Counted from the stretch's first letter, positions 35,385 to 48,080 are shown. The stretch: 64,000 nt of DNA from Mobula hypostoma (GCF_963921235.1 NC_086097.1:246142001-246206000), one strand, 5' to 3'. The notes: generated from the sequence alone by a model not told the origin. Numbers and translations are program-made.

Positions 35385-37152
35385 GAAAAAATAAGAGATG
35401 AGCTTGGATATAGGACCACTAGAGAATGAGGCAGGAGAAATAATAACAAGGGACAAGGAGATGGCTGATGAACTAAATGAGTATTTGGCATCAGTCTTCA
35501 TTGTGGAGGACACTATGTTGTAGTGTGTGAGGGAAGAGAAGTGAGTGCAGTTACTGTTACAAGGGAGAAGGTGCTCAAAAAGCTGAAAGACCTAAAGATA
35601 CACAAGTCACTCAGACCAGAGGAACTGCACCCTAGGGTTCTGAAAGAGGTAGCATTAGAGATTGTGGTGGCATTAGAAATGATCTTTCAAAAATCACTGG
35701 ACTCTGGTATGGTGCCAGAGGACTGGAAAACTGCAAATGTTACCCACTCTTTAAGAAAGGAAATTAGAGACCAGTTAGCCTGGCCTCAGTGGTTGGGGAG
35801 ATGTTGGAGTCAATTGTTAAGGATGAGGTTATGGAGTATTTGGTGACATTGGACAAAATAGGACAAAGTCAGCATGGTTTCCTTCAGGGAAAATCTTTCC
35901 TGCTGAACCTGCTAGAATTCTTTGAGGAGATTACAAGTAGGATAGATAAAGGGGATGAAGTGAATGTTGTATATTTAGACTTTCAGAAGGCCTTTGACAA
36001 GATGCCACACACGAGGCTGCTTACCAAGTTAAAAGCCTATATTATTACAGGAAAGTATTACCATGGTTAGAGCATTAGTTGATTGGTAAGAGGCAGTGAG
36101 TGGGAATAAAAAGATTCCTTTCTGGTTGGCTGCCAGTGATTAGTGATTTTCCGTTGGAGTCGGTGTTGGGACCACTTCTTTTTATGCTGTATGTCAATGA
36201 TTTAGATGATGGAATAGATGGCTTTGTTGCCAAGTTTGCAGATGATACGATGATTGGTGGAGGGGCAGGTAGTGTTGAGGAAATGGGTAGGGTGCAGAAC
36301 AACTTAGACAGATTGGAAGAATGGGCAAGAAAGTGGCAAATGAAATATAATGTTTGAAAATAGTAGTAGAAATAAATATGCAGACTATTTTCTAAACGGG
36401 GAGAAAATCCAAAAATCTGAGATGCAAAGGGACTTGGGAGTCCTTGTGCAGAACAGTCCTAAAGGTTAACTTGCAAGTTGAGTCGGTGGTGAGGAAGGTA
36501 AATGCAAGGTTAGCAGTCATTTCAAGAGATCTAGCATATAAGAGCAGGGATGTGATGCTGAGGCTTTATAAGGCACTGGTGAGGACTCTCCTTGAGTATT
36601 GTGTACAGTTTTGGGCTCCTCATCTTCGAAGAGATATGCTGGCATTGGAGAGGGTCCAGAGGAGGTTCACAAGGATGATTCGAGGAATGAAAGGGTTATC
36701 ATACAAGGGAAGTTTGATGGCTCTGGGTCTGTATTCATTGGAATTTCGAAGGATGAAAGGGGATCTCATTGAAACCTTTTGAATGTCGAAAGAACCTAGA
36801 CAGAATAGATGTGGAAAGGATGTTTCCCATGGTGGGAGAGTCTCGGACAACAGGGCAAAGCCTCAGGATAGAGGGGCCTCCATTCAAAATAGAGATGAGA
36901 AGAAATTTTTTTAGCCAGAGGGTGATGAATTTATGGAATTTGTTGCCACATGCAGCTGTGGAGGCCAGGTCATTGGGTGTATTTATGGCAGAGATTGATA
37001 GGTTCTTGATTGGACATGGCATCAAAGGTAAATGGTAGGGGCCAGGAAAGGGGGTTGAGGAGGAGGAAAAAAAAGAGGATCAGGCATGATTGAATGGCAG
37101 AGCAGACTCAATGAGTCAAATGACGTAATTCTGTTCCTATGTCTTATGGTCT
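35385..37152 (+). mobile_element. CR1, about 1.8 kb of ORF2 with frameshifts, plus tail
   Basis: LHPRVLKE...VPEDWK; QHGFLQGKS...[29 protein letters not shown]. Confidence 0.94.
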
Positions 37153-37769
37153 AAATTTACATAAAGTTCTGAAAACACACTTAACGCTCAGAGGTGATTT
37201 TTATCTTATAAAAGGTTTCCAAATTACAAACATTTTCTAAACCACAAAGGATTTCCAAAACACAGGTACAATTCCTAAAGCTAAAAAGGCATACCCGTAA
37301 GTTGCAGATGAAGGCAGGGAAGGATTCTAATTCATATCGTCTTTCTGTCATTCTTTGACCATTCCCTAACAAGCCCGACTTCTCTCTTACATTTAAACTT
37401 TTCCTGCTACATGGTGACTTCACACACAAGACAATTTTTCAGATATCTCTTCACACAGGTGGTCCAAAAACCTCTGGCCAAACACCCAAAATTAATGCTG
37501 TGAATGTTGACTCTCTGAGAACACAGATCTTCTAACTATTGATAGATCAGCTATTTGATGTGGTAAGTGATAGTATCAGTCTGTTCTGCAAGCTTCCTTG
37601 AACTAAATAACTTAAACTGTGTTGTCAGCCCAACTAATATAAACCCATTCTCTTACACTACATCACTTGAGCAATCAGCCTGGAGCTGTGGGCTAGCAAT
37701 CTGAGCTCAAAAGACATTGTGGTTTGTTTGCAAAACTGTCCTCTTAATTTCAGACTAATTATTACAAAC

Positions 37770-39170
37770 ATATAACCATATAACAATTACAGCACAGAAA
37801 CAGGCCATCTCCGCTCTTCTAGTCCATGCCAAACTCTTACTTTCACCTAGCCCACTGACCTGCACTCAGTCCATAACCCTCCATTCCCTTCCTGTCCATA
37901 TATCTATACAATTTAACTTTAAACGACAACATTGAACCTGCCTCAACCACTTCTGCTGGAAGCTCGTTCCACACAGCTACCACTCTCTGAGTAAAGAAGT
38001 TCCCCCTCATGTTACCCCTAAACTTTTGCCCTTTAACTCTCAACTCATGTCCTCTTGTTTGAATCTCCCCCACTCTCAATGGAAAAAGTCTATCCACGTC
38101 AACTCTATCAATCCCCTTCATAGTTTTAAACACCTCTATCAAGTCCCCCCTCAAGCTTCTATGCTCCAAAGAATAAAGACCTAACTTGTTCAACCTTTCT
38201 CTGTAAGGAGATGAAACCCAGGCAACATTTTAGTAAACCTCCTCTGTACTCTCTCAATTTTATTGACATCTTTCCTATAATTCGGTGACCAGAACTGTAC
38301 ACAATACTCCAAATTTGGCCTTACCAATGCCCTATGCAGTTTCAACATTACATCCCAACTCCTATACTCGATGCTCTGATTAATAAAGGCCAGGAGACCA
38401 AAAGCTTTCTTCACCACCCTATCCACATGAAATTCCACCTTCAGGGAACTATGCACCATTATTCCTAGATCCCTCTGTTCTACTGCATTCTTCAATACCC
38501 TACCATTTACCATGTATGTCCTATTTTGATTAGTCCTACCAAAATGTAGCACCTCACATTTTTCAGCATTAAACTCCATCTGCCATCTTTCAGCCCACTC
38601 TTCTAACTGGCCTAAATCTCTCTGCAAGCTTTGAAAACCTACCTCATCATCTACAACGCCATCTATCTTAGTATCATCTGCATACTTACTAATCCAATTT
38701 ACCACCCCATCATCCAGATCATTAATATATATGACAAACAACATTGTACCCAGTACAGATCCCTGAGGCACACCACTAGACACCGGCCTCCGATCTGACA
38801 CACAGTTATCCACCACTAATCTCTGGCGTCTCTCATCCAGCCACTGCTGAATCCATTTTACTACTTCCATATTAACGCCTAATGATTGAACCTTCCTAAC
38901 TAACCTTCTGTGTGGAACCTTGTCAAAGGCCCCATGAAGTTCATATAGACAACATCCACTGCCCTACCCTCATCAACTTTCCTGGTAACCTCATCAAAAA
39001 ATTCAATAAGATTTGTCAAACATGACATTCTATGGACAAATCCGTGTTAACTGTTCCTGATCAGACTCTCTCTATCCAGATAATTATATATACCATCTCT
39101 AAGAATACCCATCAATTTACCCACCACTGACGTCAAACTCACAGGCAGATAGTTGCCACGTTTACTCTTA
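37770..39170 (-). mobile_element. CR1 RT region to tail
   Basis: ORF 38190-38870 [10 protein letters not shown]...ISKYADDTKI...LVRPNLEYCVQFWSP; (TTATATGG)n tail. Confidence 0.94.
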
Positions 39171-39609
39171 GAAATTATTACTTGCCATTCACATTAAGAA
39201 CTGAAGATTGGCTTCTGTTTACAATAAGAAGCTGAATAAAGAATATTGGTTGGAACTTTAACTTACTCAAAAACAACTCCTTGATCTTTAGTAGTCTTAC
39301 CTACTATGTTAGAAAGCTGAACTCAGCAAAAAGAGACACCCCTGGCCCTGCACAGTGACTATCCATCACAACCATAAGACATTTGACATAAGAGCTGCAT
39401 CAGACCATTCGGCCTACCGAGTTTGCTCTGCATGTAAAAAAACCTGAAAGTCAAGTTTATCACCCAGAGAGTGGTGAGTGAACAGAATGAGCTGTCGGGG
39501 TGGCGCTATTTCCTCCTGCTGGATCCCAGCCATCTTCTCCATCATTGTTAGTTTGGAAACCTGTTCTTCTTTGTTGAAAGCAAGGTATTGAACTGGCTGG
39601 CTGTGATTC

Positions 39610-39800
39610 TGGAGAGAGAGCTGGCCAAGGTGTCAAAGGGGCTGTCCAAGGCCAGCGTGGTGGAGAAGGAGCTGGCTGAGGTGTCGAAGCGTCCAGCTGC
39701 GGCCAGGATGGTGGAGAAGGAGCTGGCTGGGGTGTCGGAGGAGCCTGTCAGGATATCAGAGGAGCTGATTGGGATGTCGGTGGAGCCGGTTTGGGTTTGT
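39610..39800. repeat. Degenerate 51-bp tandem repeat followed by 21-bp sub-repeats
   Basis: Units start at 39610, 39661 and 39712 (TGGAGA.GGAGCTGGC). Confidence 0.8.
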
Positions 39801-40066
39801 AGGAACCCGTCGGGATGTTGGAAGAACTGTCTTGGCTGCAGACCGTGTTGCTGCCCATTACTCGGAAGCATCAAATTTGGTGCAGTATAACCGTGGGAGA
39901 TTGTCTCAGACATTCCACTTGCGATCACAAGACTCTGTCGGACAGTGATAATGGCTGGACAGGTGAAGTGGGAGCAGAGTAACCTTGGCTGTAGCGAGAA
40001 TTAGGCCTCAAGCCTCAGGTGAGTCTGCTGATGCAGACCAGGTGAGAAACGCTGAAGTGTTTACAG

Positions 40067-40257
40067 CAGAGGTCGGCAACCTTTTTGCCTCTGTGCGCTG
40101 GATCGCGTATTAATGAGCGGACGGTGGGCCAGATAATTGCCATAAAATATTTCAAATATGGGAATTATCCATTTAAGTACATCCGGTTATGTTTTGCCTC
40201 AAATTAACAAGTAACGCATGCTAGAAAATCATTTGTGCTTAAGGTTGCCTACCTCTG
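40067..40257. mobile_element. hAT (Charlie-like) MITE, 191 bp
   Basis: TIR CAGAGGTCGGCAACCTT / AAGGTTGCCTACCTCTG; perfect 8-bp TSD GTTTACAG at 40059-40066 and 40258-40265. Confidence 0.93.
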
Positions 40258-40609
40258 GTTTACAGCATGGTTGAGCTCGGCTGGGACCTGGCATCCCCCA
40301 TTGGTGCTGCCCTCCCATGGTATAATGCCAGGCTGCATTGTGTGCAGGAGACCGTCCCATTGACTGGCAGAGACTGTTGTTCAGGGTCCTGGGTGATATA
40401 TAGGTTTATTTTCAATTAAATATGCTTTTTTCTTGCTATTTTGAATTCTATTACTTGCTATTTTTGAATGTTCGCTTGCTATTTTGAATGCTTTGCATCT
40501 TGACCCCAAAGAAATGCTTTCTCATTCAGCTGTATCTATGTATGGTTTGAATGATAATTAAGCTTGATTTGATTTGAGATACCTGATTACACAAGTGCAA
40601 GTTCCCAAT

Positions 40610-41362
40610 TTGAAATAAGCTGCAGAGAGTTCTAAACTCAGTTAGCTCCATCATGAGCACTACCTGTGAAGTATCCAGGACACCTTCAAGGAGCAATGCC
40701 TCAAAAAGGCAGCGTCCATCATTAAGGACCCCCATCACCCAGGACATGCCCTCTTCTCTGGACGAAGGTGCAGAAGTGTGAAGGCACACACTCAACAATT
40801 CAGGAACCGCTTCTTCCCCTCTGTTATCGATTTCTGAATGGACATTGAACCCATGAACCCATGGGAAATCCAAGCAACACACACAAAATGCTGGAGAAAC
40901 TCAGTAGGTCAGGCAGCATCTATGGAGAGAGAATAAACAGTCGACATTTCGGGCTGAGGCTTCATCAGGACTGGAAAGGAAGGGGGAAGATGCCAGAATA
41001 AAAAGGTACGGGGAAGGGGAAGGAGGATAGGTCAAAGGCAATAGGTGAAGCCAGGTGGGTGGGAAAGGTAAAGAGTTGGAGAGGAAGGAATCTGATAGGA
41101 GAGGAGAGTGGACCACAAGAGAAAGGGAAAGAGGAGGGGTCCCAGGGGTAGGTGATAAACAGGTAAGAAGACACAAGAGGCCAGAATTGCCTCAATATGT
41201 TTTTATTTCTATTGCTGAACTATTTATTTAACTGATATATATATATATATATATACTTTCTGTAATGCAGCTTTTCTCTACTATTATGTATTGCATTGTA
41301 CTGCTGCTTCAAAGACCACAAATTTCCTGCCATATGCTGGTGATACTAGACCTGATTCTGAT
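40610..41362 (+). mobile_element. Rex1-type 3' fragment split by a minus-strand PLE (about 40862-41190)
   Basis: ATTAAGGACCCCCATCACCCAGGACATGCC...CCTGATTCTGAT tail; PLE hammerhead-like CAGTCCTGATGAAGCCTCAGCCCGAAATGTCGACTG with shortened stem II. Confidence 0.82.
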
Positions 41363-41467
41363 CTCATCTTTAATGGGCTCTCTCCTTTCGTGCATTTTCC
41401 TTTTATAGTTTATAATTTCTATAAAACATTTTTGGAATTCCATTTATGTTGGTAATCTCTTCTCATA

Positions 41468-41595
41468 CACAAACAAGAGAAAATCTGTAGATGCAGGAAC
41501 ACACACAAAACGCTGGAGGAACTCAGCAGACCAGGCAGCCATCTATGGAAAAGAGTGCACAGTCAACGTTTCAGGCTGAGATCCTTCTTCAGGAC
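41468..41595 (-). mobile_element. PLE terminal unit
   Basis: Same terminal sequence as 9721-9855. Confidence 0.87.
41562..41595 (-). ncRNA. Minimal hammerhead motif, intact core, short stem I
   Basis: GTC-CTGAAGA-AGG atctcag CCT-GAAA-CG-TT-GAC. Confidence 0.65.
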
Positions 41596-41659
41596 GCATA
41601 CACGATCTGCTTCTAGAGCAACACAGGCACACACACACAGTACTGGAGGAACTCAGCAG

Positions 41660-42565
41660 AAACCCTGGTTAGACTGCACTTGGAATATTGTGTACAGTTC
41701 CAGTCACCTCATTATAGGAAGGATGTGGAAGCTTTAGAGAGTGTCACAACCACGGATTCGGCAGCGTAGCAGATTCGGCAATTGCGCTCGTGAATATGCA
41801 TGTGTCAGCTAATTATTATTTCATTGTGATTGTATTTAACTCCATTCATTCCGTCATGGTGTTTGTCAAGACTTGCTGTTACCACGTTCGGACATGGCCC
41901 AAGTGCAGAGTGAGAGACACTGATGCGGGTCAATAGTTCACAGACTTTAATGCGAACATTGTTAAAGGGAAAATAAAATAATAAACACTAGGCCAAACAG
42001 GGCCGTTAACTAAAACTCTCAAATGGAAAACGAAGCCTACATTGCGGCTGAAAAGGAATAACTAAACATCAAATGAATACCGCTAGTCTTCAGATTCAGT
42101 TGACTCAACAGTCCAAGTTCTCAGGCGGAATACAGGCAGTGAAGTGTTGCTGTGTCCGTGTCCAAGTCTCGACAAACACCATGACGGAATGAATGGAGTT
42201 AAATACTGTCACAATGAAATAATAATTAGCTGACATGTGCATGTTCACGAGCACAATTGCCCAATCTGCTGCGCTACCGAATCTGTGGTTATGACAGAGA
42301 GGGCGCAGAGGAGATTTACCAGGATACTGCTGGATTGGAGAGCCTGTATTATGAGAACAGATTGAGCGATCTTGGGCTTTTCCCTTTGGAGCAAAGGAGG
42401 AAGAGAGGAGACTTGATAGAGACATAGATTGTGTAGATAGCCAGAGACTTTTCCCCAGGGCAGAAATGGCTAATACAAAGAAGCACAATTTTAAGGTGAT
42501 TGGAGGAAAGTATAGGGTGGTGGGGATATCAGGGGTAGTTTTTTTAAAAATAGAGTGCTGGGTGA
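41660..42565 (+). mobile_element. CR1 fragment split by a TIR element
   Basis: ...GTGGAAGCTTTAGAGAG | GGCGCAGAGGAGATTTACC... rejoins cleanly across 41742-42301. Confidence 0.88.
41742..42296. mobile_element. 555-bp TG...CA element with 134-bp TIRs and 5-bp TSD (LTR-derived or Ginger-like; unassigned)
   Basis: 41742-41875 versus reverse complement of 42163-42296: 12 mismatches by eye, no gaps; GAGAG at 41737-41741 and 42297-42301. Confidence 0.88.
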
Positions 42566-42691
42566 AATATTGAAACTACGAAACGGTCAGTTTCAGTGGC
42601 GTGACACAGGCTGCTGAGGAACCTTTAGAAAGATACAAAATCATAGAATAATTATTGCAATGAAAATTAACTGAACAGTTATACACATCTG

Positions 42692-42693
<2 letters not shown>

Positions 42694-42736
<43 letters not shown>
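42694..42736. repeat. (TA)n microsatellite
   Basis: Directly visible. Confidence 0.97.
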
Positions 42737-42740
<4 letters not shown>

Positions 42741-43089
42741 TATAAGCAAGTACAGGGAAGTTAAACTATAAGAAAAATAATAAATTTACACTCGGATCCA
42801 AACCAGAACCAACAGAATTAAAGTTGACTAGATAAGGAAAGAAAATAATGAAGAGTTTCAGAGGTAAATTAGGGAGAACTCAGGGGAGACTAACTATCAC
42901 AAGGAAGACCCAGTGCCTGGGGCAGGGAGAAGAATGATCAATCATTTGGCCAATAGGCAGTCCTCTTGAGGAAGAAGCAATTTGGGGGAAGCACTAAAGG
43001 ATCAATAACATTAATCAATTTCACACAATCTGGTTGAAATTGTCAACAGTCAAACAGCAACAACCCAGAACATCAAGTTTCTTTTAAAG

Positions 43090-43640
43090 CAGCACACCCA
43101 AAATGCTGGAGGAACTCAGCAGGTCAGGCAGCTTCTATGGAGAGGAATAAACAGTCAACGTTTCGGGCCGAGATCATTCACCAGGACTGGAAAGGAAGGG
43201 GGAAGATGCCAGAATAAAAAGGGGGGGGGGGGAGGGGAAGGAGGATAGCTCAAAGGTGATAGGTGAAGCCAGGTGGGTGGGAAAGGTAAAGAGCTGGAGT
43301 GGAAGGCATCTGATAGGAGAGGAGAGTGGACCACAAGAGAAAGGGAAAGAAGAGGGGACGCAGGGGAAGATGATAGGCAGGTGAGAAGACATAAGAGGCA
43401 AGAGTAGGGAAGAGAAGAAGAGGGGAGGGGTAGGGACTTTTTTTTTACCTGAAGAAGAAATCTATATTCATGCCATCAGGTTGGAGGCTACCCTGACGGA
43501 ATATGAAGTGTTTCTCCTCCACCCCAACAGTGGACTCATCATGGGACAAGAGGAGGCCATGGACAATGGGAACGGGAATCAGCATTAAAGTGTTTGGCCA
43601 CCAGGAAGTTCCGCTTTTGGCTGATGGAGCGGAGGCTTCT
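43090..43640 (-). mobile_element. PLE 3' fragment (EN end, UTR, mutated hammerhead)
   Basis: VHGLLLSHDESTVGVEEKHFIFRQGSLQPDGMNIDF; CTGGTGA core mutation. Confidence 0.9.
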
Positions 43641-43644
43641 TTTA

Positions 43645-44880
43645 AATCTTCCCGCATACCCTAAATCTACTTTTGGACTCCCCTCCCTGGGGAAAAGACA
43701 GCCACCATCCACCTTATCTATTCTGCTCAGAAGTTTAAACACATCTGCAGGGTTGTCCTTCATCCTCCTAAATTCTAAGGAATAAACAAAGATCTAGACA
43801 GGCCAGCCTCTCCCTATAACTCAGGCCCCTAGTTCTGGCAACATCCTCATAAATCTTTTTTGCACTCTTTCCATTTCAACCACATCCTTCCTATAACAAG
43901 GCAACAAAAACTGTAATAGGGTAATGTCATGGGTGATAGATAACATATGTTGTTCATAATAGAAACTCTTCTACATAATTCACAAACACTGTCTTTGACT
44001 TGTTGAGTTCACTTTAAGAGACAGTGTCTGACCTAATGGCATCAGTGTAAGACAACTGCTTTTGTTTAGAATGGAAGTAGAGGGCTACGACATTTGCTAA
44101 GCACATAAAATGACTCTCACATGCTTATTCACAAAACCCTACACTGTAAGCAGAACTCCAACAGAACATGGAACAGTGTAATATGGTACATATCCTTCAA
44201 CCCATGATGTGCCAACCTTTTAATCTACTCAAAAACCAATCTAAGCCTTCCCCCCACTTAGCCTCTGTTTTTCTGTCACCCATATGCCTATCTAAGTGTC
44301 TGTTAAATGCTACTAATGTAGCTGCCTCTACCACACCCCTAGTAGGGTGTTCCATGCACCCACCTCTCTCTGAACCTTACCTCTGACATCCCCTCTGTAC
44401 TTTCCTGCAATCAACTTAAAATTATGCCTCTTGTATTAGCCATTTCTGCCTTGGGAAGAACGTCTCTGGCTGTCCACTCAATCTATGCCTCTTATCGTCT
44501 TGTACATCTCAGTCAAGACACCTCTCATCCTCCTTCGCTCCAAAGAGGAAAAAAAAGAGTACGAGATGATAAGAGACATAGATCAAGTGGACAGCCAGAG
44601 GTTTTTCCCAGGGCAGAAGTGGCTATTACAAGGGGTAGATAATTTTAACATGATTGGAGGAAAATATAGGGGGGATGTCAGGTGTAAGTTCTTTTCACAA
44701 GGAGTGGTAGGTGTGTGGAATTCACTGCCAAGTGTGGTGGTAGAAGCAGAAACAGTAGGGAGATTTAAGAAACTCTTATATGGGGACAAGAATAGAAGAA
44801 AAATGGCAGACTATGTAGGAGAGAAAGGTTAGAGGTTGGCACAACTTTGTTGGCTGAAGGTCTGTAATGTTCTGTGTTGT
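43645..44880. mobile_element. Three CR1 fragments (43645-44160 minus, 44160-44547 minus, 44560-44880 plus)
   Basis: CR1 C-terminal motifs on both strands, e.g. IRDIDQVDSQRFFP...VVGVWNSLP. Confidence 0.8.
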
Positions 44881-45139
44881 GAAGCCCACAATAGTACCAA
44901 CTGAAGAGGATGTGATGCAGCTGATAATGTAGATTGCAGCATTTGGGACATCCCACGGTGTTTTTTTGAAGGGTAGTTGTCAACGGAATGATAGTAGAGA
45001 AAACTGACCTGTTGCAATGGAACAGTCGGAAGGGTTGCAGTTAGAACTAATTTCTCCTGTGGTATCTAGGGAGGTGAATTAAATCTGTTATGGCCGTCAT
45101 TTACTAGATTCAGATTAATTTGTTTATGACATGCCCATC

Positions 45140-45705
45140 AAAACACGTACCTCCATCCCATCTGCTGAAAGCGGAAATTCCCAATGGCCCGACATTTTAA
45201 TTCCAATTCCCATTCCTGTTCTGACATGTCGGTCCCTGGCCCCCTTTTGTACCAAGATGAGGCCACCCTCAGAGTGGAGGAGCAACTCATCTCATTCCTT
45301 CTGGGTAGACTCAATCCTGATGGCAGGAATTACCATTTCTCCTTCCTGTAAGAGTGTTTCCCCTCCACCTCCCATATCCTTCTATTCCCCACTCTGGCAT
45401 TTTACCTCTTCTCACCTACCTATCACTTCCCCCTGGATCACCTCCTCCTTCCCTTTCTCCTCAGGTCCACTCTCCTCTCCTAACAGATTCCTTCCTCTTC
45501 AGCCCTTTACCTTTCCCACCCACCTGGCTTCACCTGTCACCTTCCAGCCAGCCTCCTTCCCCTCACCTCACCTTAATTATTCTGCCGTCTTCCCCCTTCC
45601 TTTTTAGTCCTAAAGAAGGGTCTCGGCCCAAACCGTTGACTGTTTCTTCATTTCCATGGACACTGTTTGGCCTGCTGTGTTCCTCCGGCATTCTGTGAGT
45701 GTTGT
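45140..45705 (+). mobile_element. PLE 3' fragment, degenerate hammerhead
   Basis: Homologous to 3310-3913; AGTCCTAAAGAAGGGTCTCGGCCCAAACCGTTGACTG. Confidence 0.87.
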
Positions 45706-45894
45706 AGTGAAATGCACCATTTGTGCAAGAAACACCGCCAAGTATGTGCTGGGAGCAGCCTGCAAGTGTTGCCACACATTCCAGTGTCAGCATAACACGC
45801 CCACAGCACAACGCAAGCAGAAAGACACAAGAATAACACCCACCCACCCACACAGACAAGGCTCCAGCCACAGGGCAGCAGATTTTCTTGGTTC

Positions 45895-47732
45895 AGCCAA
45901 TAATATAAAGCAGCATACCAAAAGTTTTTCTCAGATATAAAGAGTAAAAGGGAGGTGAGGGTTGATATTGGACCACTGGAAAATGAAGCTGGTGAGGTAG
46001 TAATGGGGGACCACGAAATGGCAGATGAACCTAATAAGTACTTTGCATCTGTCTTCACTGTGGAAGACACTAGCAGTATGCTAGAAGTCCGTGAATGTCA
46101 GGAAGCAGGAATAAGTGCCATTGCTATTACAAAGGAAAAAGTGCTAGGCAAACTCAAAGGTCTTAAGGTGGATAAGTCACTTGGACCAGATGGACTACAT
46201 CCCAGAGTCCTGAGAGAGATTGCTGAAGAGATAATGGATGAATTGGTCATGATCTTTCAAGAATCACTTGATTCTGGCATGGTCCTAGAGGACTGGAAGA
46301 TTCTAAATGTCACTCCACTCTTTATGAAGGGAGGAAGGAAAAAGAAAGGAAATTATAGGTCAATTAGCCTAACCTCAGTGGTTAGGAAAGTGTTGGAGTC
46401 TATTATTAAGGATGAGGTTTCAGTGTATTTGGAGACTAATGATAAAATAAGTCAAAGTCAGCATGGTTTCTGTGAAGGGAAATCTTGCCTTACAAATCTG
46501 TTAGAGTTCTTCGAGGAAGTAACAAGCAGGGTGGACAAAGGAGAGGCAGTGGATATCATTGACTTGGATTTTCAGAAGGCATTTGATAAGGTGCCACACA
46601 AGAGGCTGCTTAACAAGATAAAATCCTAAGGCGTTACAGGAAAGATACTAGCATGGATGGTTGACAGGCAGGAGGTAGCCAGTGGGAATAAAAGGGACCT
46701 TTTCTGGTTGGCTGCTGGTGACTAGTGGTGTTCCTCAAGGGTCAGTACTGGGACTGCTATTTGTCACAATGTTTGTTAATGATTTCGATAATGGAATTGA
46801 TGGCTTGATGGTTTGGGGATGATACGAAGATAAGTGGAGGGGTAGGTAGTGCTGAGGAAGCAATGTGATTGCAGCAGGATTTAGACAAATTGGGAAAAAA
46901 AGTGGCAGATAGAATATAGTGTTGGGAAATGTATGATAATGCATTTTGGTAAAAGGAGCAATAGTGCAAACTATTTTATAAATGGGGAGAAGGTTCAAAC
47001 ATCAGTGGTGCAGAGGGACTTAGGAGTCCCCGTGCAAGACTCCCAGAGGTTAATTTACGGGTTGAGTCTGTGGTAAAGAAAGCAAATGCAATATTGGCAT
47101 TTATTTCAAGAGGAGTAGAATATAAAAGCAAGGAGATAATGCTGAAGCTTTATAAGACACTAGTCAGACTGCACTTGGAGTATTGTCAACAGTTTTGAGC
47201 CCCATATCTCAGAAAAGATGTATTGTCATTAGAGAGAGTTCAGAGGAAGTTGACAAGGATGATTCCGGGAATGAAGGGGTTAACATATGAGGAGCATTTG
47301 GCAGCTTTGGGCCTGTACTCACTGAAATTTAGAAGAATGTGGGGGATCTCATTTAAGTTTTATTGAATGTTGAAAGGACTAGATAGAGTGGATGTGGAAA
47401 GGATGTTTCCTGTGGTGGCGGTTTCCAGAACTAGAGGGCACAGTCTTAAAATTGAAGGGCAACTTTTAAGAATAGAGGAATTTAAGGAGGTATTTTTTTA
47501 GCCAAACAGTACTGAATCTGTGGAATGCTCTGCCACAGACTGCGGTGGAGGCCAAATCAGTGCGTATATTTAAGGCAGAAGTTGATTGTTTCCCGATTGG
47601 TCAAGGCATTTTAGGACATGGCGAGAAGGCAGGTGTAAGGGGTTGAGGGGGATCTGCGATCAGCCATGATGGAATGGGGGAGCAGACTTGATGGACTGAA
47701 TGACTTAATTCTGCTCCTATGTCTTATGGTCT
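45895..47732 (+). mobile_element. CR1, about 1.8 kb of ORF2 plus tail
   Basis: ORF 45955-46629 KSLGPDGLHPRVL...NYRSISLTSVV...QHGF...[12 protein letters not shown]. Confidence 0.94.
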
Positions 47733-47861
47733 CATAGACACGCCAGTCTGCAGAGTGTGTCACAAGCCCTCGTGACACCTGTCTGAACAGACCTCCAATA
47801 TGGAATTCGCAGACCTGAGGAACGCTTTTATTATTTTCTGCTAAAGAAGGAAAACTATAAG

Positions 47862-48080
47862 CAAACTCTAGAGATTCTGCAGATACTGTAAGACCAAAAC
47901 AACACATACAAAATGCTGGAGGAACTCAGCAGGTCAGGCAGTAACAATAGAGAGGAATATACAGTCGACGTTTCAGGCCGAGACCCTTCGTCAGGACTGG
48001 GTGAGAAGGAGGGAGGAGCAGAATAAAAGTTGGGGGGTGGGTGGGTAGGTGTAGAAGTTCGAGCTGGCAGGTGAGTTGGA
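47862..48080 (-). mobile_element. PLE terminal unit with part of the UTR
   Basis: Terminal motif GCTGGAGGAACTCAGCAGGTCAGGCAG. Confidence 0.87.
47962..47999 (-). ncRNA. Minimal hammerhead ribozyme motif, best-preserved copy
   Basis: CAGTC-CTGACGA-AGG gtctcgg CCT-GAAA-CG-TC-GACTG; 5-bp stem I, GUC triplet. Confidence 0.85.

Larger units (their letters stand above)
39500..40578 (+). mobile_element. Non-autonomous retroposon with internal tandem repeats and Rex1-type tail; hosts a hAT MITE
   Basis: 3' part homologous to 18860-19110; (TTTGA)n tail at 40565-40577; 5' boundary uncertain. Confidence 0.55.

Noticed and set aside
37459..37562. Acceptor-donor pair (CACAG...GTAAGT) in unique DNA
   Set aside because: No frame stays open across it by my reading; a non-coding exon cannot be supported from sequence alone
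44160..44880. Head-to-head CR1 tails as one large inverted-repeat element
   Set aside because: Arms are diverged and no TSD is visible; better explained as two independent insertions
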